DNA of 53,064 nt from Actinomycetota bacterium. GTDB taxonomy: Bacteria > Actinomycetota > UBA4738. Below are positions 8,980 through 16,724 of the stretch, piece after piece. Position 1 is the first letter of the stretch; the number at the start of each line of letters is the position of its first letter. A program made the translations under genes and the position numbers. Under the pieces are notes generated by a model that did no database searches, was not told where the DNA came from, and worked only from the letters and a program-made list of their open reading frames with translations. The stretch spans positions 1 through 53,064 of the forward strand of contig JBIOYQ010000021.1 in NCBI GenBank assembly GCA_044870295.1, in the 5' to 3' direction.

Positions 8980-10090
8980 CCGCCACCACCTTCAGGTCGT
9001 CGCCGACGGGTTCGATGGACCGGATCCGGAGCGGGATCGCGTCGGCGATGCTCGCCACCCCCTCCCCGGCCAAGACGCCGGGCGCGTCCACTCCCCCAAC
9101 GAGCTTGGGTGCCACGTAGAGGACGAGCCGATCGACCATCCCGGCCTCCACGGCACCCCAGGCGAGCGTCGCTCCACCTTCGATCAGGACGTTCTGCGCG
9201 TCACGCTTCCCCAGCGTCTCCAGCAGCGCCGGAAGCGCGACCCCGCCGTCGAGCGACGACGGGAGGACGATCACCTCGGCCCCCGCCCGCTCCCACTCCC
9301 GCTGAGCATCGGCCGGTGAGGCGTCGGTGGTCCCGATCAGCGTCGGCGCCTGGCCGTCGAACAGGTGGCCGACCGCGGGCAGTCGGCCTCGGCCATCCAG
9401 GACGACTCGGAGCGGCGCCCGGCCGCGATAGCCGGCGAGCCGAACGGTCAGGGAGGGGTTGTCCGACAGGGCGGTCCCGGAGCCAACAACGATGACGTCG
9501 GAGGCGGCTCGGAGACGATGGACGTCCTCCCGTGCTGCCTCGCCGCTGATCCAGGTGGACGATCCGTCCCGCGCTGCGATCTTGCCGTCCAGCGAAGCCG
9601 CCAGCTTCAGGGTGACGAAGGGCAGTCCCGTGCGCACGTGCTTGGCGAACCCGGCGATCAGGCCCGACGCGATCGGCTCAAGTACCCCGGTCGTGACGTC
9701 GACGCCCGACTCTTCGAGCAGACGCAAGCCGGCTCCATCCACCAGCGGATTGGGGTCGCGCATGGCCGCGACCACGTGGGCGATGCCGGCATCGCGGACG
9801 GCCGGCGCGCACGGGGGCGTCCGACCGACGTGGCTGCAGGGCTCCAGGGTCACATAGAGGGTGGCGCCGCGGGCCCGATCCCCCGCGAGACGGAGCGCGT
9901 GGACCTCGGCATGCGGGGTGCCGGGTCCCTCGTGCCAGCCTTCCCCCACGATCTCGCCATCGACGACGACGACGGCACCGACCATGGGATTGGGCGAGGC
10001 CAGGCCCAGCCCGCCGCGGGCGAGGTCGAGCGCCTGCCGCATGTGACTCTGGTGATCGCCACCCGCTCCGGTTCCCGGCGCGTCCGACAT
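8960..10090 (-). CDS. ribD: bifunctional diaminohydroxyphosphoribosylaminopyrimidine deaminase / 5-amino-6-(5-phosphoribosylamino)uracil reductase
   Basis: ATG 10090 (MSDAPGTG...). Deaminase zinc motifs HAEVHAL and PCSHVGRTPPC, followed by the reductase domain. The track's extra 63 N-terminal residues are the translated riboswitch. Confidence 0.92.
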   Translation of the reverse strand: MSDAPGTGAGGDHQSHMRQALDLARGGLGLASPNPMVGAVVVVDGEIVGEGWHEGPGTPHAEVHALRLAGDRARGATLYVTLEPCSHVGRTPPCAPAVRDAGIAHVVAAMRDPNPLVDGAGLRLLEESGVDVTTGVLEPIASGLIAGFAKHVRTGLPFVTLKLAASLDGKIAARDGSSTWISGEAAREDVHRLRAASDVIVVGSGTALSDNPSLTVRLAGYRGRAPLRVVLDGRGRLPAVGHLFDGQAPTLIGTTDASPADAQREWERAGAEVIVLPSSLDGGVALPALLETLGKRDAQNVLIEGGATLAWGAVEAGMVDRLVLYVAPKLVGGVDAPGVLAGEGVASIADAIPLRIRSIEPVGDDLKVVADVHRDR

Positions 10091-10164
10091 CGCAATGCCT
10101 TTCCCGGGGCGGTGCGATGAGGAGGGAGCGAACGACACGCGCGATCGGCTCATGCCGACGCGAC

Positions 10165-10300
10165 AGCGTGCCCGTCCTCTCCCATCCCGACTGTACGGTC
10201 GGTCCCGGAGTTTCACCGGGTCCACCCCCGAGTGGCTCTCGGGGGGTCGCGGACTCTCACCGCCGGTGGGGAATCTCACCCCGCCCCGAAGACGAGCTAT
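10165..10300 (-). promoter_or_regulatory. FMN riboswitch (RFN element) in the ribD leader
   Basis: The minus strand reads ...gtcttcggggcggggtgagattccccaccggcggtgagagtccgcgaccc...gggtggacccggtgaaactccgggaccgaccgtacagtcgggatgggagaggacgg. This matches the conserved RFN core blocks (GGGGCGGGGUGAAAUUCCCCACCGGCGGU, CCCGGUGAAAUUCCGGGACCGACGGU, AGUCCGGAUGGGAGA). A TATACT -10-like box lies at 10316-10321. Confidence 0.9.
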
Positions 10301-10358
10301 CGATTGCTGGTGGAAAGTATAGCGAGGGGACGGCAGGCGGCAGGCGGCGAAGGGTCGA

Positions 10359-11288
10359 TCAGGCGGAGCGGCGATCGACGGCGAAGGAGGAGTTCGGCTC
10401 CCGCTTGGCGAACTGCTTCATCTCGGTGGCCACCGCGACGGCTTCGCCGTAGTGGCCGAATCGCCGGCTCATGGTCGAGGCCACCCCCACGGAGATGGTG
10501 AGGATGGGGAAGCTTTTGGGGGTTCCCTGCCGGTCACGCACCTCGATGAAGCCACGCTCGGCGTCCTCCTGGTCGTAGAGGGTTGGAGCCAGCCCGTCGA
10601 ATCGGTCGCACAGAGTCTTGGCCACCGTCTCGGCCTGGTCGGGCTCGACCAGGATCACGAAGTCGTCGCCGCCGACGTGGCCCACGAACCCGGCCGGGCC
10701 GGCCACCTCGTGTACGGTCTCGGTCACCAGCCGGGCCAGGGCCTGGATGGCCCGGTCGCCCCGCACGAATCCATAGTTGTCGGTGTAGGCCTTGAAGTGG
10801 TCGAGGTCGGCGTAGAGCAACGCGAACGGATGCTCCTCCGACACCCGGCGTCGGATCTCCTCCTGCACGCGGATGTTGCCCGGCAGCCCCGTCAACGGCG
10901 ACAGGGCCCGCATCTCCCGCGCCCGGCGAAGCGTCCCCTTCACCCGAGCCAGCAGCTCGACCGGGTCGAACGGCTTGATGATGTAGTCGTCCGCACCGGA
11001 GGACAGCCCGAGGACCTTGTCGGAGGAGAGCGCTTTCGCCGTGAGCATGATGATGCTGGAGGAGCTGGTGCGGGGGTCGCGCCGCAACCGTTGGGCAACC
11101 TCGAAGCCGTCGAGCTTCGGCATCATGACGTCCAGCAGCACCAGGTCGGGACGGAGCTCGATGGCCCGGCTCAGCCCTTCCTCACCGTTGGACGCCACCG
11201 TCACGTCGTAGCCGGCGGAGCGCAGGTTCACCTCGACGAACCGCGCCACATCCGGATCGTCGTCCACCACCAGGACGGACTCGGACAT
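10359..11288 (-). CDS. response regulator with receiver and GGDEF-type domains (signature GGDDF)
   Basis: The REC domain shows VVDDDPD, the phospho-acceptor LLDVMMP and IIKPF. The C-terminal domain reads LYADLDHFKAYTDNYGFVRGDRAIQ...GHVGGDDFVILV. The ATG shares one base with the rpe stop (TGATG). Confidence 0.88.
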   Translation of the reverse strand: MSESVLVVDDDPDVARFVEVNLRSAGYDVTVASNGEEGLSRAIELRPDLVLLDVMMPKLDGFEVAQRLRRDPRTSSSSIIMLTAKALSSDKVLGLSSGADDYIIKPFDPVELLARVKGTLRRAREMRALSPLTGLPGNIRVQEEIRRRVSEEHPFALLYADLDHFKAYTDNYGFVRGDRAIQALARLVTETVHEVAGPAGFVGHVGGDDFVILVEPDQAETVAKTLCDRFDGLAPTLYDQEDAERGFIEVRDRQGTPKSFPILTISVGVASTMSRRFGHYGEAVAVATEMKQFAKREPNSSFAVDRRSA

Positions 11289-11959
11289 CAGCTCCCCCCC
11301 TTGAGCGCGGCGAGGCGGCGGGCGGCTTGGCCGGGATCGGGGGCCTTGAAGATGGAGGAGGCCGCCGCCAGCACGGTGGCCCCAGCGGCCAGACAGCGGG
11401 GCGCGGTGCGTTCGTTGATCCCGCCGTCGACCTCGACCTCGACGGACAGCCCCTGCCGGTCGATCTCCTCACGAACCTCTTCGATCTTGGGGAGGGCGTC
11501 CTCGAGGAAGGACTGGCCGGCCCACCCGGGGTGGACGCTCATGACCAGGACCCGATCGAGCTGCTCCAAGAGGGGGAAGACCTCCTTGACCGGCGTGTCC
11601 GGGTTCACGGCCAGGCCGGCCCGCATGCCCAGGCGCTGAGCCTCGGCGACGGTCTCGGCCGGGTCCTCAACGGCCTCCCAGTGGCTGGTGACGATGTCCG
11701 CCCCGGCCTTGGCGAAGTCAGGGAACAGCCTGGCGGGCCGCTCCACCATCAGATGGCAGTGCAGCGGCAGGTCGGTGACCCGGCGCACGCCTTCCACCAC
11801 GACCGGACCCACCGACAGGACGGGTACGAATTGGGCGTCCATACAGTCGATATGGATTAGTTCGACGTGCCGCTCCACCAGCTTTATCTGATCGGCCAGA
11901 TAGGCGTGGTCGGCCGAGAGGATCGAAGCGGCGATCTTCCCCCTGCCCTCCGGCGGCAT
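11288..11959 (-). CDS. rpe: ribulose-phosphate 3-epimerase
   Basis: 223 aa: IHIDCMDAQFVPVLSVGP, MSVHPGWAGQSF, VDGGIN. Confidence 0.95.
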   Translation of the reverse strand: MPPEGRGKIAASILSADHAYLADQIKLVERHVELIHIDCMDAQFVPVLSVGPVVVEGVRRVTDLPLHCHLMVERPARLFPDFAKAGADIVTSHWEAVEDPAETVAEAQRLGMRAGLAVNPDTPVKEVFPLLEQLDRVLVMSVHPGWAGQSFLEDALPKIEEVREEIDRQGLSVEVEVDGGINERTAPRCLAAGATVLAAASSIFKAPDPGQAARRLAALKGGS

Positions 11960-11971
11960 CTCGGCCGGATT

Positions 11972-12937
11972 CTACGCTCGGCCTGGGCCCTCCCCGGGAA
12001 CCGATCCAAGCAATTCCCCCAGCTCGGGACGGTAGCCTCGAACGAAGTCCGCGCCGGACATCCGGCGGCGGCCCTCCGGCTGGACCTCCTCGAGCCGCAG
12101 GGCTCCATGGCCGGCCATCACCACCAGCCCATCCTTGCCCGCTTCGATCACCGACCCGAGCTGCCGCGCCGCGAAGTCGACTTCCTGCCACACCGAGGCC
12201 CGGACCACCCCCAGACGGCGGCCCCGGAACGACGTGACCGCTCCAGGCTCGGGCGCGAGGGCCCGGACCAACCGGACGGTCTCCACGGGCTTCCTGCCCC
12301 AGTCGATCACACGATCGTCTGGCTTGAGCTTGGGAGCGAAGGTCGCCTCCTCATGGTCTTGGGGCCGCTCCTCGATGCTTCCCGCGGCGAGTCCATCGAG
12401 GGTCGCGACCAGCACTCGCCCACCTATCTCAGCCAGGCGGTCGCCCAGAGAACCGGCGTCCTCGTCCGATCCGATCTCGGTCGACTCCTGGAGAAGGATG
12501 GGCCCGGTGTCCATCCCTTCGTCCATCCGGATGGTGGTGACCCCCGTGACGTCCACCCCAGCGAGGATGGCGCGCTGGACGGGCGCCGCGCCGCGCAGCT
12601 TGGGCAACAGGGAGAAGTGGACGTTCACCGGACCGACGGCCGGAAGCGCCAGGACGGACGCCGGAACGATCTCGCCGTAGGCGACCACCGCCAGGATGTC
12701 GGGCTCGGCTTCGGCCAGCGTCTGGAACCCGGAACCGCTCTTGACGGTCTCCACTTCCTCCAAGGGGAGATCGAGGCCACGGGCTGCCTCGGCCACCGGC
12801 GTCGGCAGCAGGCGGTTGCCGCGTCCGCCCGGCCGAGGGACCCGGGTCACCACCCGGACCACCTCGTGGGAGGAACCGGCCACCGCTTTCAGTGACGGGA
12901 CGGACCACCTGGCGTTCCCCAGGAACACCACGCGCAT
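11972..12937 (-). CDS. fmt: methionyl-tRNA formyltransferase
   Basis: ATG 12937 (MRVVFLGNARWSVPSLKAV), HFSLLPKLRGAAPVQRAILAG. The track extension to 13018 overlaps def. Confidence 0.93.
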   Translation of the reverse strand: MRVVFLGNARWSVPSLKAVAGSSHEVVRVVTRVPRPGGRGNRLLPTPVAEAARGLDLPLEEVETVKSGSGFQTLAEAEPDILAVVAYGEIVPASVLALPAVGPVNVHFSLLPKLRGAAPVQRAILAGVDVTGVTTIRMDEGMDTGPILLQESTEIGSDEDAGSLGDRLAEIGGRVLVATLDGLAAGSIEERPQDHEEATFAPKLKPDDRVIDWGRKPVETVRLVRALAPEPGAVTSFRGRRLGVVRASVWQEVDFAARQLGSVIEAGKDGLVVMAGHGALRLEEVQPEGRRRMSGADFVRGYRPELGELLGSVPGEGPGRA

Positions 12938-12968
12938 GGATCCTCTCCCGGCGCCGGCAGCGGCGTGG

Positions 12969-13499
12969 CTAGCGGTCGGCGGACCTTCGGAAGCGGTCGG
13001 AGCCGGCCCCGAGGTCACGGTCCAGCAGGTCCGCCATGGCCTGCCGGCGGTCGTCCTCGGGCAGACGGTCGATGAACAGCATCCCGTTCACGTGGTCGGT
13101 CTCGTGCTGGAAGATCCTGGCCCGAAGCCCCTCGCCTTCGAAGGAGACCGGCCGGCCCCGGAGGTCCTGCCCGGTGAGGCGGACCCTCATGGCCCGGCCG
13201 GTCGGATACCAGAGGTTCGGAATGGACAGGCAGCCCTCTTCTTCCAGTTGCTCACCCTCGTGCTCGGACAGAACTGGGTTGGCGACCGCGGCGGGCCCGG
13301 TGCCGTCGTTGGCGTCGAACACGAAGAACCGCAGCGACAGCCCGACCTGCGGCGCGGCCAGGCCGACGCCGGGGGCGTCGTACATGGTCTCGATCATGTC
13401 CTCGTAGAGCTTCCGCATCAGCTCGTCGAAGACCTCGACGTCTCGGCATGGCTCGCGCAAGACCGGGTCACCGAACTTCCGGATGGGCAGGACGCTCAC
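12969..13499 (-). CDS. def: peptide deformylase
   Basis: GTG 13499, 3 nt after GGAGGAA. All three PDF motifs are present: GVGLAAPQVG, EGCLSIP, QHETDHVNG. Confidence 0.93.
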   Translation of the reverse strand: MSVLPIRKFGDPVLREPCRDVEVFDELMRKLYEDMIETMYDAPGVGLAAPQVGLSLRFFVFDANDGTGPAAVANPVLSEHEGEQLEEEGCLSIPNLWYPTGRAMRVRLTGQDLRGRPVSFEGEGLRARIFQHETDHVNGMLFIDRLPEDDRRQAMADLLDRDLGAGSDRFRRSADR

Positions 13500-13516
13500 A
13501 CTTCCTCCGTCGCGGT

Positions 13517-15328
13517 CTAGAGCTGGGGCTCCGCTTCGATCCGCTCGACGACTCCGTCGGCGGCGAGCCGTCGCACCTCTCGACCGAACCGATCGAAGCC
13601 GGCCTGGTCGACGGTCACCAAGCATAGCGTCCGCCCGTGGCCGGACCGACCCTCAGCAACAGCGTCGACGGGTGCGGAGACGACCACGTTCGCGCCAAGC
13701 GACTGGAGGGTCGGCGGAAGGTCCTCGCTCCCCTCCATGCGGAAGACCGGGTGGCCGGCCGGGAACCCCGCTTCGGCCCGGCGCTTCGCCTCGGCAAGGA
13801 GGAAGGGGACCGGGTCCCACCGGACGAGCGCCTGGATGGCCGGATGGCCCGGACGACGAGACTGGGCCAGCACACGGCCCCCACCCGAGCGCGGTCCGGC
13901 CCAGGCGGCGGCCTCCATCCACGTTGCCAGGGCCTGCTCCCCCGCCGTCATGCCGGCCCTGGCCAGGGCGCGATCGGGGTCGAGGATCGCCACCAGGTCC
14001 AGCTTGACGGGGCCGATCTCCTTCACCGCCGCCGCGGTCCCCACGACCACTCGACCGGGACCCGGCCGTGGGGGCGCGTCCTTGCCGGTGTCCAGATCGA
14101 CCGGCAGGGACGTCCTCCGCCGCGCCCACTCGGCGATGCGCTCGGTCCCGGCGGGCTCCACCCCGAAGGCCGAGCCACCACAGTTCGCGCAACGGCCGGC
14201 CGAGCCGCAGGTCCTGCACCGGGCGCGCCCCTCCTCGATGCCGATCGGCCCGTGGCACACGGCGCAGGCGGCCTGCTCCCCACACGTCCGGCAGACCCTG
14301 GCGATGCCGTAGCCTCGGCGAGACACGATCAGCGCCCCGGACCGGGCCTTCTTCAGCAAGGATCCAAGGCGCGTCGAGCGGTCCTCCGCTTCGGGCGCCA
14401 CCGTTTCCACGAGCGGCGATGCTGCCCGCTCGACGGTCCGGGGAGGCCGGGCAAGCTGCACGCTCCCGGCAGCGACGGCCAGGGCCGTCTCCACCGACGG
14501 CGAGAACGAGGCCAGCACGCATGCCGCCCTCTGCAGTCTGGCCCGTGCCGCGGCCACCTCGCGCACGTGGTAGTAGGGCGAGCGCTCTTCGCGATGGCCC
14601 GGGTGGACCTCGCGGCTGATCCAGATCAGTCCCAGCCGCTCCAGCGGCGCGAACACAGCCGGCCGCGTCCCCACCACCACCTCGTACCGCCCGGACCGGA
14701 TCTCCAGCCAGGTCCGGTACCGGTCGTGGGCATCGCCGCCCAGGAAGCTGACCGCCCGACCACCCATTCGCTCCAGAACCGCGGACGCCGTCGCGGGGAC
14801 CGGGTCGGCTTCGGGGACCAGCACGAGCGCCTGGCGACCGGCGGCCACGCAGGCTTCGACGGCAGCCGCGCACACCTCGACCTCGTCCTCCGGCAGCGGC
14901 CGCAGCCAGGTCACGCGTCCGGCTCCCAGGAGCTCCGCGCCTCCGTAACCCCCGAGCACGGTCGTGGGTCCTCCCACCGATGCGGGTGGGTGCTCCCGAA
15001 GATCGACGTGACCCTCCTCGCCCGCCACGCGAGGCGGATGGGACCGCTCGATGACGGTGGACAAGGGAGCGAGATACCGATCCGAGACCCATCGCAGCAC
15101 TTCCAGCATGGCGGGGTCGAAGAACCTCACCGCCGATCGAATCGACCGGACCGGAAGCAACCGACCGCCGGGGACATCGGAGGCCGGTCCGAGGATCCAT
15201 CCCTTCATGGTCCGGCCGTGGAACGGCACCGACACCAGGCTCCCCACGCCGGCCTCCTGCCCTTCCTTCAACAGATAGGTGAAGGGGCGGTCCAGGGCCA
15301 GGCGCGGAACGGAGACACAGACGTCCAC
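13517..15328 (-). CDS. priA: primosomal protein N' (PriA-like; no Walker A seen)
   Basis: 603 aa. N-terminal PriA 3'-DNA-binding-like region (LDRPFTYLL...VSVPFHGRTMKGWIL) and Cys-rich zinc region (CRTCGEQAACAVCHG...CRTCGSAGRCANCG). I found no GxGKT/S motif anywhere in the translation. Confidence 0.82.
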   Translation of the reverse strand: MDVCVSVPRLALDRPFTYLLKEGQEAGVGSLVSVPFHGRTMKGWILGPASDVPGGRLLPVRSIRSAVRFFDPAMLEVLRWVSDRYLAPLSTVIERSHPPRVAGEEGHVDLREHPPASVGGPTTVLGGYGGAELLGAGRVTWLRPLPEDEVEVCAAAVEACVAAGRQALVLVPEADPVPATASAVLERMGGRAVSFLGGDAHDRYRTWLEIRSGRYEVVVGTRPAVFAPLERLGLIWISREVHPGHREERSPYYHVREVAAARARLQRAACVLASFSPSVETALAVAAGSVQLARPPRTVERAASPLVETVAPEAEDRSTRLGSLLKKARSGALIVSRRGYGIARVCRTCGEQAACAVCHGPIGIEEGRARCRTCGSAGRCANCGGSAFGVEPAGTERIAEWARRRTSLPVDLDTGKDAPPRPGPGRVVVGTAAAVKEIGPVKLDLVAILDPDRALARAGMTAGEQALATWMEAAAWAGPRSGGGRVLAQSRRPGHPAIQALVRWDPVPFLLAEAKRRAEAGFPAGHPVFRMEGSEDLPPTLQSLGANVVVSAPVDAVAEGRSGHGRTLCLVTVDQAGFDRFGREVRRLAADGVVERIEAEPQL

Positions 15329-15371
15329 CGGGCCCGAGAGGAGGTCGGATCCCGACGGTGCGGGCGGCCGG

Positions 15372-16559
15372 CTAGTCGAAGGCGCTGCGGAGCTCGTCGG
15401 CCTTGTCGGTCTCTTCCCAGGGGAAGCCCTTACGGCCGAAGTGGCCGTAGGCGGCGGTGTCCTGGTAGATGGGGCGGCGCAGGTCGAGGTGCTCGATGAT
15501 CGCGGCGGGACGGAAGTCGAACAACTCCGTGATCACGTCGACCAGCCGCACCGGGTCCACCTGGTGCGTCCCAAACGTGTCGACCGACAGCGACACCGGA
15601 TGGGCAGTGCCGATCGCGTACGCCACCTGGAGCTGCAAACGTTCGGCCAGGCCGGCCGCGACGACGTTCTTGGCGACGTACCTCCCCATGTAGGCGGCGG
15701 AGCGGTCCACCTTGGTCGGGTCCTTGCCGGAGAAGCACCCCCCACCGTGCGGGGCCATGGCGCCGTAGGAGTCGACCATGATCTTGCGTCCGGTCAGCCC
15801 GGTGTCGGCCTTCGGGCCGCCGATCTCGAACCGGCCCGTCGGATTGACCAGGATGCGGACGCCCTCGGCCTCCAGCGCCACCTCGCGCAGGACCGGCTCG
15901 ATCACCTCGGCGATCACGTCGGGCTTGAGGAGGCTGTCGATGTCCACTTCCTCGCGGTGCTGGGCGGAGATGACCACCGTGTCGATGCGAACCGGCCGGC
16001 CGTCGTCGTATTCGATGGTGACCTGGCTCTTCCCGTCCGGCCGGAGGTATGGAAGCACGCCGGCGCGACGCACTTCCGCCAAGCGCTTGGCCAGGCGGTG
16101 CGCCACGGCGATCGGCATGGGCATCAGCTCTTCGGTGTCCCCGCAGGCGTAGCCGATCATCATCCCCTGGTCGCCGGCTCCGGTTTCGTCGAACACGTCC
16201 GCCCGGCCTTCATGTCTGACCTCGAAGGACTTGTCGACGCCGACGGCGATGTCCGTCGACTGCGGCTGGATGGCCACGATCACGCCGCACGTGTCGCCGT
16301 CGATCCCGAACTTCGCATCCGTGTAGCCGATCGACTTGATCGTGTCCCGGACGACCTTCGGGATCTCCACGTAGGTCGACGTGGTGATCTCGCCGGCCAC
16401 GAACGCCACCCCGGTGGTGACCAGGGTCTCGCAGGCCACGCGGCCCAAGGGGTCGTCCGTCAGCACCGCGTCGAGCACGGCGTCGGAGATCTGGTCGGCC
16501 AGCTTGTCCGGATGGCCTTCCGTCACGGACTCGGATGTGAAGAGATAGCGCCTGCTCAC
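15372..16559 (-). CDS. metK: S-adenosylmethionine synthase
   Basis: GTG 16559 ([27 protein letters not shown]), [28 protein letters not shown]. The remainder of the 1065-aa track ORF (16560-18569) is antisense to the BNR gene. Confidence 0.96.
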   Translation of the reverse strand: MSRRYLFTSESVTEGHPDKLADQISDAVLDAVLTDDPLGRVACETLVTTGVAFVAGEITTSTYVEIPKVVRDTIKSIGYTDAKFGIDGDTCGVIVAIQPQSTDIAVGVDKSFEVRHEGRADVFDETGAGDQGMMIGYACGDTEELMPMPIAVAHRLAKRLAEVRRAGVLPYLRPDGKSQVTIEYDDGRPVRIDTVVISAQHREEVDIDSLLKPDVIAEVIEPVLREVALEAEGVRILVNPTGRFEIGGPKADTGLTGRKIMVDSYGAMAPHGGGCFSGKDPTKVDRSAAYMGRYVAKNVVAAGLAERLQLQVAYAIGTAHPVSLSVDTFGTHQVDPVRLVDVITELFDFRPAAIIEHLDLRRPIYQDTAAYGHFGRKGFPWEETDKADELRSAFD

Positions 16560-16568
16560 GATCGGCGG

Positions 16569-16574
16569 ATTATA
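16569..16574 (-). promoter_or_regulatory. candidate -10 box (TATAAT) 9 nt upstream of the metK GTG
   Basis: The minus strand reads ggcTATAATccgccgatcGTG, and no SD lies between the box and the start. A perfect TATAAT is rare in this G+C-rich window. Confidence 0.35.
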
Positions 16575-16724
16575 GCCGCGCGGAGGACCCCTCCCCCGCA
16601 TCCGGGCGCAGGCATCAAAGGGCCTGGCTGTTCGACGGAGACCTTGACGGCCCGAGTGGGCCAGCCTAGGTTCTGCCCGGGCATCCCGGGCGTGGGAGGA
16701 GACCCGAGAAGGAGGGGGACCTCG

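Noticed and set aside
13637-15499. 620-aa plus-strand ORF, plus the nested 13653-15200 minus-strand ORF in another frame.
   Set aside because: Both overlap priA entirely. Their translations are Arg/Pro/Gly-rich with no recognisable motifs, whereas the priA frame carries the conserved zinc-finger and DNA-binding motifs.
16560-16724. SAM riboswitch upstream of metK.
   Set aside because: I could not find the conserved SAM-I or SAM-IV core elements in either orientation. A TATAAT box sits only 9 nt from the start, leaving no room for a leader. A covariance-model scan would be decisive.
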